The notes under the pieces are model-generated. The model was not told the DNA's origin, did not search any database, and saw only the letters and a list, made by a program, of their open reading frames with translations. A stretch of 64,000 bases of DNA from an uncultured delta proteobacterium (lineage in GTDB: Bacteria; Myxococcota_A; Polyangia; Polyangiales; Polyangiaceae), in the NCBI GenBank assembly GCA_963716725.1, contig CAVQUB010000010.1, forward strand, positions 128,001-192,000. The letters are read 5' to 3'. Made by a program: the position numbers and the translations under genes. Positions 12,823-23,136 of this stretch are shown here, in pieces (within the stretch, counting starts at the first letter, position 1; each line of letters begins with the position of its first letter).

Positions 12823-14045
12823 AGCGCACCGGGGCTCTGCTCGCGCTCGCGGCCGCGCTCTGGTCGGCGCCGGCTGCTGCGGACGAGGCGCGCACCTACT
12901 TCGACATCGGCGCCAAGGCCTATCAAGCGGGGCGCTACCTCGACGCCGCGCAGGCATTCGACGAGGCGTATCGTCGATCGACTCGGCCGGGCCTGCTGTT
13001 CTCCCTGGGACAGGCGCATCGCATGGAGTACTTCGCGCGCAACGACCCGGCGCGGCTCCGGGACGCGATCCGCTACTACGAGGAGTATCTGGCCAAGGAG
13101 CCCCAGGGCAAGCGCGTGGTCGAGACTACCGAGGCCCTCTCGAAGCTGAAGCCCCTCGCGGCGGCGGCTGGCGAGAAGCCGGATTCGCCGGTCGCGCCTG
13201 CGCCGCCGAGTAAGCCCCGCGTGATGATCTCATCGCCCACGCCGGACGTGAAGGTGACCTTCGATGGGCGCGCGGTGAGCCACCCCTTCATCCAGGAGGT
13301 CGAGCCCGGCAAACACAAGGTCGTGCTCAGCGCGCCGGGCTTCGAGGACTACGTGCGCGAGTTCGTGGTGGACGCCAAGACCGGCGCTCCGCCCCTCGAC
13401 ATCCCGCTGGAAGAACGGCCCGCGATGCTCGTGATTCAAGCGCCCGACGGCGCCGAGGTCGCGATTGACGGCCGTCTGCAGGGAGTCACGCCCTTGCCCC
13501 CGCTGCCCGTGGCCTCGGGCCGACACTTCGTGTCCGTCACCATGAACGGCAAGAAGGCGTTCTCCGAGAGCGTCGTGCTGAAGCGCGGGCAGAGAAAGAA
13601 CCTCCCGGCGGGCCTCGAGAGCACAGGTCAGCGCACGGCGTCGTGGGTCCTGATGGGGATCGGCACCGGGGGACTGGTGGCGGGCGGTGTGCTCGCTGCC
13701 CTGGCCTTGAACGAGCAGAACAAAGCAGAGGATCTGCTGGCCGCGACGAAGGGCCCCGGAAGCCAGGCGCCGGACACCATCGCTCGATACGATGAGCGCC
13801 GTGGGAACCGCGACGACTACCGAATGGCGGCCGTCATCACCGCGGCCGCGGGTGCCGGCGTGGGAACCCTCGGGCTGATGCTCTACGCTTTCGATCCGGC
13901 CAAGGCGCCGCTGCCTCCAGCCGAAGAGGCAGTCCCTGGTCAACCCAAGACGCCCGGCGGTCCCACGGCTCCGAGCATGGAGATCTCACTCGCGCCGCTG
14001 TGGGCGCCGGGCTTTGGCGGCGGCAGTGTGATTGGTCGGTTCTGA
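12819..14045 (+). CDS. TPR + tandem PEGA domain protein
   Basis: Signal peptide, TPR, two PEGA-like repeats (PDGAEVAIDG...G.TP...GRHFV), hydrophobic hairpin, ends GRF; ATGA overlap with upstream gene. Confidence 0.85.
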   Translation: MKRTGALLALAAALWSAPAAADEARTYFDIGAKAYQAGRYLDAAQAFDEAYRRSTRPGLLFSLGQAHRMEYFARNDPARLRDAIRYYEEYLAKEPQGKRVVETTEALSKLKPLAAAAGEKPDSPVAPAPPSKPRVMISSPTPDVKVTFDGRAVSHPFIQEVEPGKHKVVLSAPGFEDYVREFVVDAKTGAPPLDIPLEERPAMLVIQAPDGAEVAIDGRLQGVTPLPPLPVASGRHFVSVTMNGKKAFSESVVLKRGQRKNLPAGLESTGQRTASWVLMGIGTGGLVAGGVLAALALNEQNKAEDLLAATKGPGSQAPDTIARYDERRGNRDDYRMAAVITAAAGAGVGTLGLMLYAFDPAKAPLPPAEEAVPGQPKTPGGPTAPSMEISLAPLWAPGFGGGSVIGRF

Positions 14046-14069
14046 ACGCGAGCTTGCCGGCTGCTTCTG

Positions 14070-14819
14070 CTAGCCGCCGGGGCAGGTCACCTGCAGGTTG
14101 CCCGCGGAGTCCGCCTTGCACATGTCGCCGCAGGACTCGCTCTTCAAACACGCGCAGCTCGGGCTCGAGCCGCAAGCTGTGGGGAGGGCTTTGCACGCAA
14201 ACTCGTTGGGGTAGCCGCCGACATCGGAGATCGCCATCTGACAGTACTGTTGGCCGATGGTGCAGAAGATGGGACCACAGCCGAACATGCCCTGAGGAGC
14301 CGGGCAGCCGCCTTCGGCGGAGACGTCCTGTCCTCCCGATTGGCCCGCACAAGCGTTCCCTGCTTGCTGGCCGTCGCAGGTGCAGACCGGCGCGTAAAGC
14401 AGGTCGCAGCCTTGGGGGCGCTGCTTGCACGCACCCGGCGAGCCGGCGCCGCAGAGGTTGTCCGGGTAGTCGCACCACTCGCTGGCAGCGCAGGGTTGGC
14501 TGGGCGAGCAGGTGGTGCTGGCCGAGCAGATCCCGGTCGGCGGCCAAGAAGCGCCGGTCGGGCACTCGGGGTTGTTCGGCGTGGGGCAGATCGGAGCGAC
14601 CGGGTTGCCCTTGGCGTCGCAGCACGGGACGAGGCTCTCGCAGGTGCCGCCCCCGCCGCCCGTCCCGCCGCCCGTCCCGCCGCCGATTCCACCGGTGCTG
14701 CCGCCGGTGCCGCCGCCGGCTTGACCGCCGGTATTCGCGCCGTCGCTGTCGGTCGAACCGCCGCAGCCGACGGCGAGCACAGCGAGCAGAGTGAAGGTCG
14801 AGAGCAGAGCTCGGGTCAT
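14070..14819 (-). CDS. Cys-rich lipoprotein with Kazal-like motif
   Basis: Lipobox AVGC, Gly/Thr linker, CDLLYAPVCTCDG..GNAC. Confidence 0.7.
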   Translation of the reverse strand: MTRALLSTFTLLAVLAVGCGGSTDSDGANTGGQAGGGTGGSTGGIGGGTGGGTGGGGGTCESLVPCCDAKGNPVAPICPTPNNPECPTGASWPPTGICSASTTCSPSQPCAASEWCDYPDNLCGAGSPGACKQRPQGCDLLYAPVCTCDGQQAGNACAGQSGGQDVSAEGGCPAPQGMFGCGPIFCTIGQQYCQMAISDVGGYPNEFACKALPTACGSSPSCACLKSESCGDMCKADSAGNLQVTCPGG

Positions 14820-14914
14820 GCCCGGCATCGTTTGCAACTCATGTTCCAGGCGGTGGTGGCGAACAAACGCCGAAAAACCTCAGGGGCCTGTGCCGCGCTG
14901 TGCCAGGTCCCGGA

Positions 14915-16822
14915 TCACTTCTTCGCGCAGTTCGGGCACATCGGCTCGCTGTCGGCCTCGTCCACGCAGATGAGGTCCCACTTGCCGGTGCTGCTGTTGC
15001 AGCAGAACTTGTCCTTGGCGCACACGACCTTCGTGCACTCGCTGCAGGTCTCGGCGAGGGCCACGCCGGTCACGCACTCGCTGTGGGTACCGCAGGCGTC
15101 CTTGGCGCAGGCCCCACCGCATTCGGGCTTGATGGTCGGGTCCTTGAGCACGTAGTCGACGCATTTCTGGGACCACTGGCCGTTCTGGGCGTCGCAACAC
15201 GATGGATCGTGGTTGCAGACGGCCAAGGTGCAGGTGGTGCACGACTTTTTCATGGCCGCGCCCGTCTCGCACGGCGTGTGGGAGGTGCAGGCCGGATCCT
15301 GGCAGGGGCTCGCGCAGATGGCCGCGACCTCGGCCACACAGAGATCGTCCCAGCCCTTGGTGCAGCAGAAGCTGTCGACGGCGCAGATCGCCGCTTCACA
15401 GACGCCGCACTTGGGATCGAGGGCGTCGCCCGTGGTGCACTTGTCGTGCCCGCAGTTGCCGCTGGTGGTGGTGGTGCCCCCGCTGCCGGCACCGCAGCCG
15501 TCGAGGGGGTTGGCGCAGGGCAGGCAGACGCCGTAACCACCCGCCACCTCCTGGCACTGCATGTGGAGCTGGTGCTTCTTGTCCTTGCCGAACAGGTAAT
15601 CCATCAAGAACGCGCCGGCGATCTGCATCAGGGGGTCGCCCTTGAACAAGCTGCTGACGAGCGGGTCGAGCTCGATGGGCTTGCAGTCTGCGTCGTCGTT
15701 GCAGGGCACGCAGACGCCGCACTTCTTGTCGCCGATGATCTCGATGCTGGCGCAGGCATTCATCGGGAATTTCTGAATCGCGTCTTGGATCTTGACCTTC
15801 TTGATGCCCAGGTTGATTTCGGGGCCACCGACCAGATCCCGGATGATCTTGCCGATGTTCACGTCCATGCTCACGCCGGCGCAGTTGGCGTCGCCCGAGC
15901 AGGTGTTGGTCACTCCGTCGAAAGGAGCCGGCAAGACGGCACCCGACGAGAGCAAGTCCGTGCAGCCCGTGGCCGGGTGCGTGCACGTGCCGTGCGTCCC
16001 GCCGTTGACCGGGAACTTGCACTTCCAGGTCTCGTTCGAGCTGGTATTGCCGCAGCCGTAACACTCGGCGTCGGTCTTGCAGTCAGCGCCCTCGCCGCCG
16101 GCGGAGCCGCAGGGCTTGATGCACTTCCCTCCCGAGCACTCCATGCCGGTCACGCAGGCCTTGGTGGGCGAGCACTCCGAGCAGACGTGGTTGTTGCACG
16201 CGAAAGCCTGCACGCCGCCGACCTCGCACTTGCCGCAGTCGCTGTCCTGCGAGCAGTTGGTCGGGCATTTGTCTTCGCAGGTGCCCGTCGCGCCGCAGCC
16301 CTGGTTGCCGGTACACGAGGAGGCATTGCCGCCGACGCAGGCCACGCACTTGTTGGTGCCCGTGTCGCAGATCTGGTGCATCGGATCGCAGGCGGCGCAG
16401 TCGGCGTCCTTCTGGCACGAGATCGTCGGGGTGCCGGTGGAGTCCGCGGGGCAGGTCAGCTCTTCCGGCGCGCAGGTGCCGAAGCCCGTGCACTGCTCAC
16501 CGGCCTTGCAGTCACTCTTGCTCTTGCACGCGATGCAGCGTGTGTTCGGGATGTCGCAGATCGTGCGACCGTAGGAACAACCCTCGCACTCGGCGTTCGA
16601 GTGGCAATTGTTCAAGAGGCACATGCCCGAGCCGAAGGCGCCGCCGCCGGCGGCGCCGCCCAGCCCGCTGTCGTCTCCCCCGCTGCCCCCGCTCCCGCCG
16701 CCGCCGCCGTTGGAGGGGGGGCCGCTGCCGTCGCTGTCGCCGCCGCAGCCGGGCAGCGCCGCAGCGAGGGCCAGGCCCGCAGCGAGAGTGGTGGCCAACA
16801 CGCCCTTCAAAGACAAAGCCAT
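14915..16822 (-). CDS. Cys-rich lipoprotein (paralog 1)
   Basis: Lipobox LPGC, Gly linker, three C-terminal C-x-H...CC..W..C repeats. Confidence 0.8.
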   Translation of the reverse strand: MALSLKGVLATTLAAGLALAAALPGCGGDSDGSGPPSNGGGGGSGGSGGDDSGLGGAAGGGAFGSGMCLLNNCHSNAECEGCSYGRTICDIPNTRCIACKSKSDCKAGEQCTGFGTCAPEELTCPADSTGTPTISCQKDADCAACDPMHQICDTGTNKCVACVGGNASSCTGNQGCGATGTCEDKCPTNCSQDSDCGKCEVGGVQAFACNNHVCSECSPTKACVTGMECSGGKCIKPCGSAGGEGADCKTDAECYGCGNTSSNETWKCKFPVNGGTHGTCTHPATGCTDLLSSGAVLPAPFDGVTNTCSGDANCAGVSMDVNIGKIIRDLVGGPEINLGIKKVKIQDAIQKFPMNACASIEIIGDKKCGVCVPCNDDADCKPIELDPLVSSLFKGDPLMQIAGAFLMDYLFGKDKKHQLHMQCQEVAGGYGVCLPCANPLDGCGAGSGGTTTTSGNCGHDKCTTGDALDPKCGVCEAAICAVDSFCCTKGWDDLCVAEVAAICASPCQDPACTSHTPCETGAAMKKSCTTCTLAVCNHDPSCCDAQNGQWSQKCVDYVLKDPTIKPECGGACAKDACGTHSECVTGVALAETCSECTKVVCAKDKFCCNSSTGKWDLICVDEADSEPMCPNCAKK

Positions 16823-16888
16823 GCTGGGAGGATAGCAGAGACGGCTCGGCGCGCGCGCCTCCCGCTTGGCCCCGAGAGCCGCGGTCCG

Positions 16889-16915
16889 GCCCCCCTCGCG
16901 GTCGGCGAGAGGGGC
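16889..16915. terminator. GC-rich hairpin between the paralogous lipoprotein genes
   Basis: gcccccctcgc-ggtcg-gcgagaggggc; no U-tract on the transcribed (-) strand. Confidence 0.3.
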
Positions 16916-16956
16916 TTCTTCGTTGCCGCGACGGGCTCAGGCCCGCCGCGCGCCCG

Positions 16957-18825
16957 TCACGGACAGGTGCAGCCGGTCGTGGTCTTGGCCTTGGTGACGC
17001 ACATGCTGTCCCAGGAGGTGCTGCAGCAGAACGCGTCGGCCGCGCAGACGTTCGTCGCGCAGGTGGAGCAGGTCTTGACCAGCGGGCCGCCCGTGGAGCA
17101 CTCGCTGTGTGCGCAACCCGTGCCGCAGGCCGAGGCGCAGGCCGTCTCGGCTTTGGACTCGGTCACGCACTGGCTATCCCACTTGTTGTCACAGCAGAAG
17201 GCGTCCTTGTCGCAGACCGCCTTGGTGCACGCGCTGCAAGTCGGGCTCAGCGCCTTGCCTTCGGTGCAGGGCGTGTGGTCGCAGGTCGTGGTGCCCCCAC
17301 CGGAGCAGCCGTTCGGGCAATATTTGTCGACGGCCTTGATACAGATGTCGTCCCACGCGGTCGTGCAGCAGTACGAGTCGTGCTTGCAGACCTCGGAGGC
17401 GCAAGAGTCGCAGCTCTCTTTGAGCGGGCCACCCTTCTCGCAGACCTTGTGGTCGCACGAGCCGGTGCCGCCCCCGGTGGTCTGGCCGCAGGCCTTCAGT
17501 GGGTTCGAGCAGGGCATGCAGACGCCGTAGCCCGCCGCCACGTTCAGACACTGGAAGTGCAGGCTGTGGTCCTTCTCGGAGCCGTACAGCACCTCGAGCA
17601 GGAGCTTGCCGGCGATCTGCACCAGCGGATCGCCCTTGAACAGGTCGAACGAGACCTTGTCCATGTCGATCTTCTGGCAATCCGAGTCGGCCTTGCAGGG
17701 CACGCAGACGCCGCACTTGACGTCGTTGATCAGGTTGATGCTCGCGCACTTCGGCATGCCGTACTTGACGAGGGAGTCCTGGATCTTGATCTTCTTGCCG
17801 AAGACGTCGATTTCTGGCCCCCCCACCAGATCACGCACCAGCTGGCCGACGTTGTACTCGATGCCGACCCCGGCGCAGTTCGTGTCCGTGGAGCAGAGGT
17901 TGGTCACCTTGTCGTAGGGGGGCGGCAAGACGGCGCCCTGACCCAGATCCGAGCACCCCGTGGCCGGCGCAGCGCAGACTCCGTGCAGCCCGCCGTTGAG
18001 CGGCAGCTTGCAGTCCCACTTCGGCGCCGTCGTATTGGTCGGATCGCCGCAGCCTTCGCAGTCGGCCTTACCGTTGCAGGTGCCGGCGGCTTGGCCCGGG
18101 ATGCCACAGGGCTTGATGCAGGTGCCCTTCTGGCAGACGAAGCCAGCGGCGCATGCGTAGGTGTCGGAGCACTCCGCGCACTTGTGGTTGTAACAAGCCT
18201 TGGCCTTCTTGCCGGCGGTGTACTCGCAACGCATGCAGTCGTTGTTGGTCGTGCAGCTGTCGGGACACTTGTGGGAGCACTTGTTGTCCACGCAGATGTC
18301 CGACTCGGAACACTGGCTCGTGTTGGTGTCGGTACAGGCGACGCACTTGCTCTTGGCGGCGTCGCAGATCTGGTGCATCGGGTCGCAGGCGGCGCAGTCC
18401 GCGTTCGACTTGCAGGTGACGGTTGGCTCACCGTTGGCGTCCGCCGGGCAGGTCTGGCCCGTCGGCGCGCAGGTCCCGAACGACGTGCACTCTTGCCCCG
18501 CAGGGCAGCCTTGGCCGGTCGACGGGTCGCAGGCGACGCAGCGGTTCTCGGAGACCTTGCACTTGTTGCGGCCGGAGGTGCAGCCGGAGCAGTCGGCATC
18601 CGAGCTGCAATTGTTCAAGAGGCAGACATTCGACGAGCCGCCGGATCCCCCGGCGCCGCCCAGGCTGCCGCCGGAGCCCCCGGTGTTTCCCGTGTTTCCG
18701 GAGCCGCCAGCGCCCCCGGGGCTGCTGGCGTCGTCGTCGCCGCCGCAGGCCGGAGCGAGAGTGATCGGAATGGCCACGGCACAGGCCGCAATGAACAAGC
18801 CCTTGAGGCGATGGATGAAAGACAC
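16957..18825 (-). CDS. Cys-rich lipoprotein (paralog 2)
   Basis: GTG start after GAGGAG; lipobox APAC; collinear with 14915-16822 (shared CAACDPMHQICD, RDLVGGPEI, LFKGDPL). Confidence 0.8.
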   Translation of the reverse strand: MSFIHRLKGLFIAACAVAIPITLAPACGGDDDASSPGGAGGSGNTGNTGGSGGSLGGAGGSGGSSNVCLLNNCSSDADCSGCTSGRNKCKVSENRCVACDPSTGQGCPAGQECTSFGTCAPTGQTCPADANGEPTVTCKSNADCAACDPMHQICDAAKSKCVACTDTNTSQCSESDICVDNKCSHKCPDSCTTNNDCMRCEYTAGKKAKACYNHKCAECSDTYACAAGFVCQKGTCIKPCGIPGQAAGTCNGKADCEGCGDPTNTTAPKWDCKLPLNGGLHGVCAAPATGCSDLGQGAVLPPPYDKVTNLCSTDTNCAGVGIEYNVGQLVRDLVGGPEIDVFGKKIKIQDSLVKYGMPKCASINLINDVKCGVCVPCKADSDCQKIDMDKVSFDLFKGDPLVQIAGKLLLEVLYGSEKDHSLHFQCLNVAAGYGVCMPCSNPLKACGQTTGGGTGSCDHKVCEKGGPLKESCDSCASEVCKHDSYCCTTAWDDICIKAVDKYCPNGCSGGGTTTCDHTPCTEGKALSPTCSACTKAVCDKDAFCCDNKWDSQCVTESKAETACASACGTGCAHSECSTGGPLVKTCSTCATNVCAADAFCCSTSWDSMCVTKAKTTTGCTCP

Positions 18826-18993
18826 GGGAGCCTCCTCTGAGATGCTAAGCCGAGCCGTCAGGATAGCTAACCCCGACGACAAAGGAAAACCGCGCGCGGT
18901 GTACACCCAGGGCCCCAGCCCTGCAACCGCCGCGGGGGGCGCATGTGGGTCCCTCGGTGCCTGTTCGAGCCGAGGGCGGTTTGCTGCTGAAAA

Positions 18994-20421
18994 TCACTTC
19001 AGGCGGTAGACGACCTCGGAGCCCACCAACAGGTCGTGGGCCGCGCGTTTGTCGGACTGAAAGGCCGCCAAGGCGAGGCCCGCCGCGTACAGCAGGCTCA
19101 GGAGCACGTTCCCCAGAGCAACCGCCAGGACCAAGCCCTTGAAGGCGTCGACGTCCGTGAGCTGGATTTGCCGGATGGCGAGCTGCAACCCGCCGCGCCC
19201 CTCAGTCAGTAAAATCACGAGTCCGGCGAAGAACGGCAGCCACATGCTGGCCACGGTCCGCAACAGCGAACGCCCGACGCCCAGAGGACCTCCGTCAAGG
19301 CCCCGCACCCGTAGATTCATCAGCGCCTTGCCTAGGGTCTGTCCGCGAGTGGCGTGCGCGGCGGTGACGTAGGCCAAGTGCAAGAACAAACCTGGCAGAC
19401 CCAAGAGGCCGATGACCAGACTCGCGAGAGCGACGTCGATGCCCACCGCGGCGCCGCGGACCCAGAAACCGCCGAAGCGCACCTTTTCGGGCGCGGCGGC
19501 GTCGAGCGCGGCGAGCAGGTCGTCGTAGCTCGGGAAGCGGTCATCGGGCGCCTTGGCCATCAAGCGCTCGATGATCGATGCCAGGGGCTTCGGCGTGTCC
19601 GGGGAGGCGCTGGCGAGCTTGGGCGGCGGCTCGGTCAGATGCTTGCTGATGACCGCCACCGGCGTCTTGGCGTCGAAGGGCGGCTTGCCGGAGAGCAGGT
19701 GATAAAAGGTGCATCCGACCGAGTACATGTCCGCCCGGTGATCGATTTCGTCGCCTTTCGCTTGCTCCGGCGCCATGTAGAGCGGGCTGCCGACGACGGC
19801 GCCGTCGCGAGTGATCTTCGAGTCGGTGCCTCCAACGGGTTTCGCCACTCCGAAATCGGCGATCTTGACCGAGCCGTGCTTGTCGATCAGGAGGTTGCTC
19901 GGTTTGATGTCGCGGTGGATGATGCCCGCCGTCTGCGCGTCGCGCAGGCCGCGCGCCACCTGAATCATCAGCGCGCGGGCCCGTTCCGGCGCGATGCGCT
20001 CGTGGCGTTCGACGAAGCTCTCGAGATCCCCGCCGTCGACCAGTTCCATGGCGAAGAAGAGCGAGGTCTTCCCGCTCTCGTCCGCGGCGGGCGTTCGACC
20101 GATGTAGTAGATGTGTGCGACGTGCGGGGAGTTGAGTCGCGCCTGCGCCCGCGCTTCTCGCAAGAACCGCTCTTGGAGCTCGCCGCTCTCCGCGAGATCG
20201 TGGGGCAACACCTTGATGGCGACCCGGCGGTCCAGGGAGCGATCGTGCCCCGAATACACCGCGCCCATGCCGCCGCTGCCCAGGGGTTTGTCGACGTCGA
20301 AGTGGTCGAAGCGCTTTCCTACCCAGCGTCGGATGTCCGCGCTGGGTGGCTTGGATGTTGCGCGCGGACCACTCTCGTCGAGCAGTGTGGTCTCGAATGC
20401 GTCAGCCCCTTGGACGCTCAT
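18994..20421 (-). CDS. Ser/Thr kinase fused to C-terminal RDD membrane domain
   Basis: GSGGMG, HRDIKPSN, DFG, YMAPE; GGFWVRGAAVGID...GQTLGKALMNLRV...KRAAHDLLVGSEVV. Confidence 0.9.
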   Translation of the reverse strand: MSVQGADAFETTLLDESGPRATSKPPSADIRRWVGKRFDHFDVDKPLGSGGMGAVYSGHDRSLDRRVAIKVLPHDLAESGELQERFLREARAQARLNSPHVAHIYYIGRTPAADESGKTSLFFAMELVDGGDLESFVERHERIAPERARALMIQVARGLRDAQTAGIIHRDIKPSNLLIDKHGSVKIADFGVAKPVGGTDSKITRDGAVVGSPLYMAPEQAKGDEIDHRADMYSVGCTFYHLLSGKPPFDAKTPVAVISKHLTEPPPKLASASPDTPKPLASIIERLMAKAPDDRFPSYDDLLAALDAAAPEKVRFGGFWVRGAAVGIDVALASLVIGLLGLPGLFLHLAYVTAAHATRGQTLGKALMNLRVRGLDGGPLGVGRSLLRTVASMWLPFFAGLVILLTEGRGGLQLAIRQIQLTDVDAFKGLVLAVALGNVLLSLLYAAGLALAAFQSDKRAAHDLLVGSEVVYRLK

Positions 20422-20517
20422 CACGGATCCCTTGGACAATGTTCCCACCACGGGGGGCCAGGAGCAATGCTCGTGCCAGAGCCAGCTGCGAACGCGGGGA
20501 CGCAGCCGGCGAGGCGG

Positions 20518-20937
20518 CTAGTACGGACTCGCTCCGAAGGCATCTCGCAGCCGATCCTCGACGCTCGGGTTCGGGCTGGGCAGACCGATGCGCAACGTGA
20601 TGGTCGTGTCGTCGCCCCACGGCCACCAGAGCCCATACACGATGGCGCCGCCGCTGGAGTTCGTAGAGAAAATCCACTGGTCGGCGCGGACTCCGCCGGT
20701 CTTCTCGGCGATCTGCTGCACCAAGGGCGGGGCCGTTCCCAGCGTGCGGTGGTTCCAGCGGCCAGGGAAGGTGATCGCCAGAGCCCCGTTGGCCTCCTCG
20801 ACGAGCTCCACCGAAAACGCGGAAGCGACGCAGGAGAAACGCGAATCCCAGCTCCAGCCCCGCTTGGGCCACTTGGCGCGGAACTCGGCAAGCTGCGACA
20901 AGAGGGGGTCGAAGGCGGTGTTCGATCGCTGGTTCAT
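20518..20937 (-). CDS. Hypothetical protein
   Basis: 139-aa ORF, Trp-rich (GWSWD, YGLWWPWG), host-like codon usage. Confidence 0.6.
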   Translation of the reverse strand: MNQRSNTAFDPLLSQLAEFRAKWPKRGWSWDSRFSCVASAFSVELVEEANGALAITFPGRWNHRTLGTAPPLVQQIAEKTGGVRADQWIFSTNSSGGAIVYGLWWPWGDDTTITLRIGLPSPNPSVEDRLRDAFGASPY

Positions 20938-21018
20938 TCGCGTCCCGCAGCGTAGCCCGGACCGGGGTGGGTGTGGAACTCTCTTGCCGAGAGCGGCCCG
21001 CCGGGCTTCCATCCCTGC

Positions 21019-22035
21019 GTGCGGTTCCACCAGCTTTGGAAGGCCGCGAGCCTCGCGCTCGTCGCGGTGGCCTTGCTGATCTGTCCGGTGGCGCGGGCCG
21101 ATGGCGACGCCGAGCTGATCCGCGCGCGAAAGCTCTACGCCCAGGGTTTGACTCAGGAAGCTGCCGGCGACTGGGCCGGCGCCCTAGCGACCTTCGAGGA
21201 CGTGGCGCGCATCAGGGCCACGCCCCAGGTGAGATTCCACTTGGCCCGCTGCAAGGAGCATTTGGGGCGCTTCAACGAAGCGCTGGGCGGGTATCGAATC
21301 GCCGAATACGAGGCAGAACAGGCGGCGAGCAAGGAGCCGACGCTGCTCGACGAGGTGAGGAAGGCGCGCGTCGCCCTCGAGGGGCGCATCCCGAAGCTCA
21401 CGATCGCGAGGGGCAAGGGGGCGGAAGCCATCAAGATTGAGCTCGACGGGGTCGCGCTCGGTGACACTCAGATCGGGCAGCCCATCACCTTGGATCCGGG
21501 ACCGCACGTCGTGACCGGGATCGTCGAGCGGGGCAAGACCTTCAAGAAGATGCTGAACGTGGCCGAGGGCGACGCAGTCCGAGTCGAGCTCGACGTGCCG
21601 GACGAGCTGGTGGAGCAGCCTGTCGCGCCGCCGCTCGCAACGAACCCGGTCGAGCCCCCACGCGGGCCCGCCGAGCCCCCGGGACCTCCCGCTCGGCAGG
21701 CGCGCTCGGCTGCGCCCTGGATCATCGGTGGGATCGGTGTCGCGAGCCTGGCGGCGTCGGCCGTGTTCTATTCGCTGCGCGCGAAGGCCGAAGACGAGCT
21801 GGACCAGGGGTGTCTCGGCCGCACCTGTCCCGACACTCTGAAGGGTACCCAGCAGAACGGCGAGACCTACGCAGCTCTCACTGGAGTCACGCTCGGGATC
21901 GGCGTCGTCGGGGTCGGCGCGGGCGTGTTGATGTTGCTCGGACAGAAGAGCCCCGCTCCGAGCTCGACCCAGCCCACGGCCGCGCTACAACTGGGTCGGG
22001 GCGCCGCAGCGGTCAGCTTCCGCGGGCGCTTCTGA
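21019..22035 (+). CDS. TPR + PEGA-like domain protein
   Basis: Signal peptide (VARA-D), TPR, LDPGPHVV, hydrophobic hairpin, ends GRF. Confidence 0.8.
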   Translation: MRFHQLWKAASLALVAVALLICPVARADGDAELIRARKLYAQGLTQEAAGDWAGALATFEDVARIRATPQVRFHLARCKEHLGRFNEALGGYRIAEYEAEQAASKEPTLLDEVRKARVALEGRIPKLTIARGKGAEAIKIELDGVALGDTQIGQPITLDPGPHVVTGIVERGKTFKKMLNVAEGDAVRVELDVPDELVEQPVAPPLATNPVEPPRGPAEPPGPPARQARSAAPWIIGGIGVASLAASAVFYSLRAKAEDELDQGCLGRTCPDTLKGTQQNGETYAALTGVTLGIGVVGVGAGVLMLLGQKSPAPSSTQPTAALQLGRGAAAVSFRGRF

Positions 22036-22046
22036 TCTGCTCAAAG

Positions 22047-23093
22047 GTGCGGTTGATACACGGATTTCGCGTCCTCGGAGCGTGGGCAACGCTGCCCGTC
22101 GTGCTCGCCTGCAGCATCGAGCTGACCGGGAGCGCTGATCCCGATTCAGGCGCCGCCGGGAGCGGAGGCTCGACCGTGGGCGGCTTCGGCGGCGGGGGCG
22201 CCAGCGACGACGCTGGCGCTGGCGGCGTTGCCGGTTCTCCGAGCAGCTGCGCCTCCGGATTTCAGTGCGTTCCCACGGCGAGCCTGCAGTGGGCGTATGC
22301 GTTTCTCGCGCTCGATGGCTTCGCGAATGGCGCCGGGCCACCCTGTCCCGACGGCGCCGATCCCCAAACTTATGCCAGCCTGCCGTCGGGAGCCGGAGGT
22401 TGCGCGCCCTGCCAGTGCGCGCCGCTCCAAGGCGGAGTCTGCACCGTCCCGCTCCTCTGTGCAGAGAATGCTACCTGCGCGAACGCGCAGAGCTACACGC
22501 GAACTGACGGCGACTGCGCGGGCAAGACCGGGAGCCCGACGCTCAGCTGCATGCTCGGGCCGCCGACGGTGGTGACGCCGGGCACCTGCGCCGCGAGCGG
22601 AGGCAGCGTTACGCAGATGGATCCCTTCGAGAAGCGAGCGTCGCTGTGCCTGGTCAAGGAGGGACCGGCGTGTGGGGCGACCTCGACCTGTGTTCCCGTG
22701 GGAACCGGCGTCTACGCGCCGTCGGTTTGCGTCTACTTGCCCGGCGAGCAGACCTGTCCCGGCGACTGGCCGACGTCGACCGTGATCTATCAGAAACACC
22801 TCGACCAGCGCGTGTGCTCACCCTGCACTTGCTCGCCCGGCTCAGTGACCTGCCTGGCCGAGTACCAGTTCTACGACGACATGTTGTGCGCCGGCAGCGG
22901 CAAGAAGGTGGCGAGCACCGCCTGCACCAACGTCAGCGGCGCGATCAACGATTTCTGGGCGGGCTGGGGCTACAAACGCAGCGGAGCGCCGGTTCAAGGT
23001 GGCGGCTGCGTTCCCGGTGGCGGCATCCCGAGCGGCGGGATCGTGGGCGATCCCAACGCCGTTATCACCGTCTGCTGTCGGCAAGCGCAGTGA
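22047..23093 (+). CDS. Cys-rich lipoprotein
   Basis: Lipobox VLAC, Gly linker, many Cys, ends ITVCC. Confidence 0.7.
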   Translation: MRLIHGFRVLGAWATLPVVLACSIELTGSADPDSGAAGSGGSTVGGFGGGGASDDAGAGGVAGSPSSCASGFQCVPTASLQWAYAFLALDGFANGAGPPCPDGADPQTYASLPSGAGGCAPCQCAPLQGGVCTVPLLCAENATCANAQSYTRTDGDCAGKTGSPTLSCMLGPPTVVTPGTCAASGGSVTQMDPFEKRASLCLVKEGPACGATSTCVPVGTGVYAPSVCVYLPGEQTCPGDWPTSTVIYQKHLDQRVCSPCTCSPGSVTCLAEYQFYDDMLCAGSGKKVASTACTNVSGAINDFWAGWGYKRSGAPVQGGGCVPGGGIPSGGIVGDPNAVITVCCRQAQ

Positions 23094-23136
23094 GGTAGAG
23101 TCTCCCGGGTCGGGTCTCGAGACTCGCGCGCCGGAC

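Noticed and set aside
14915..18825. Multiheme cytochromes
   Set aside because: Cys/His-rich, but no CxxCH motifs were found.
14900..18840. Long antisense or alternative-frame ORFs (e.g. 14900-17530, 16540-18840, 3780-5501, 43824-45815)
   Set aside because: Shadow ORFs expected from high GC3 codon bias; no recognisable motifs.
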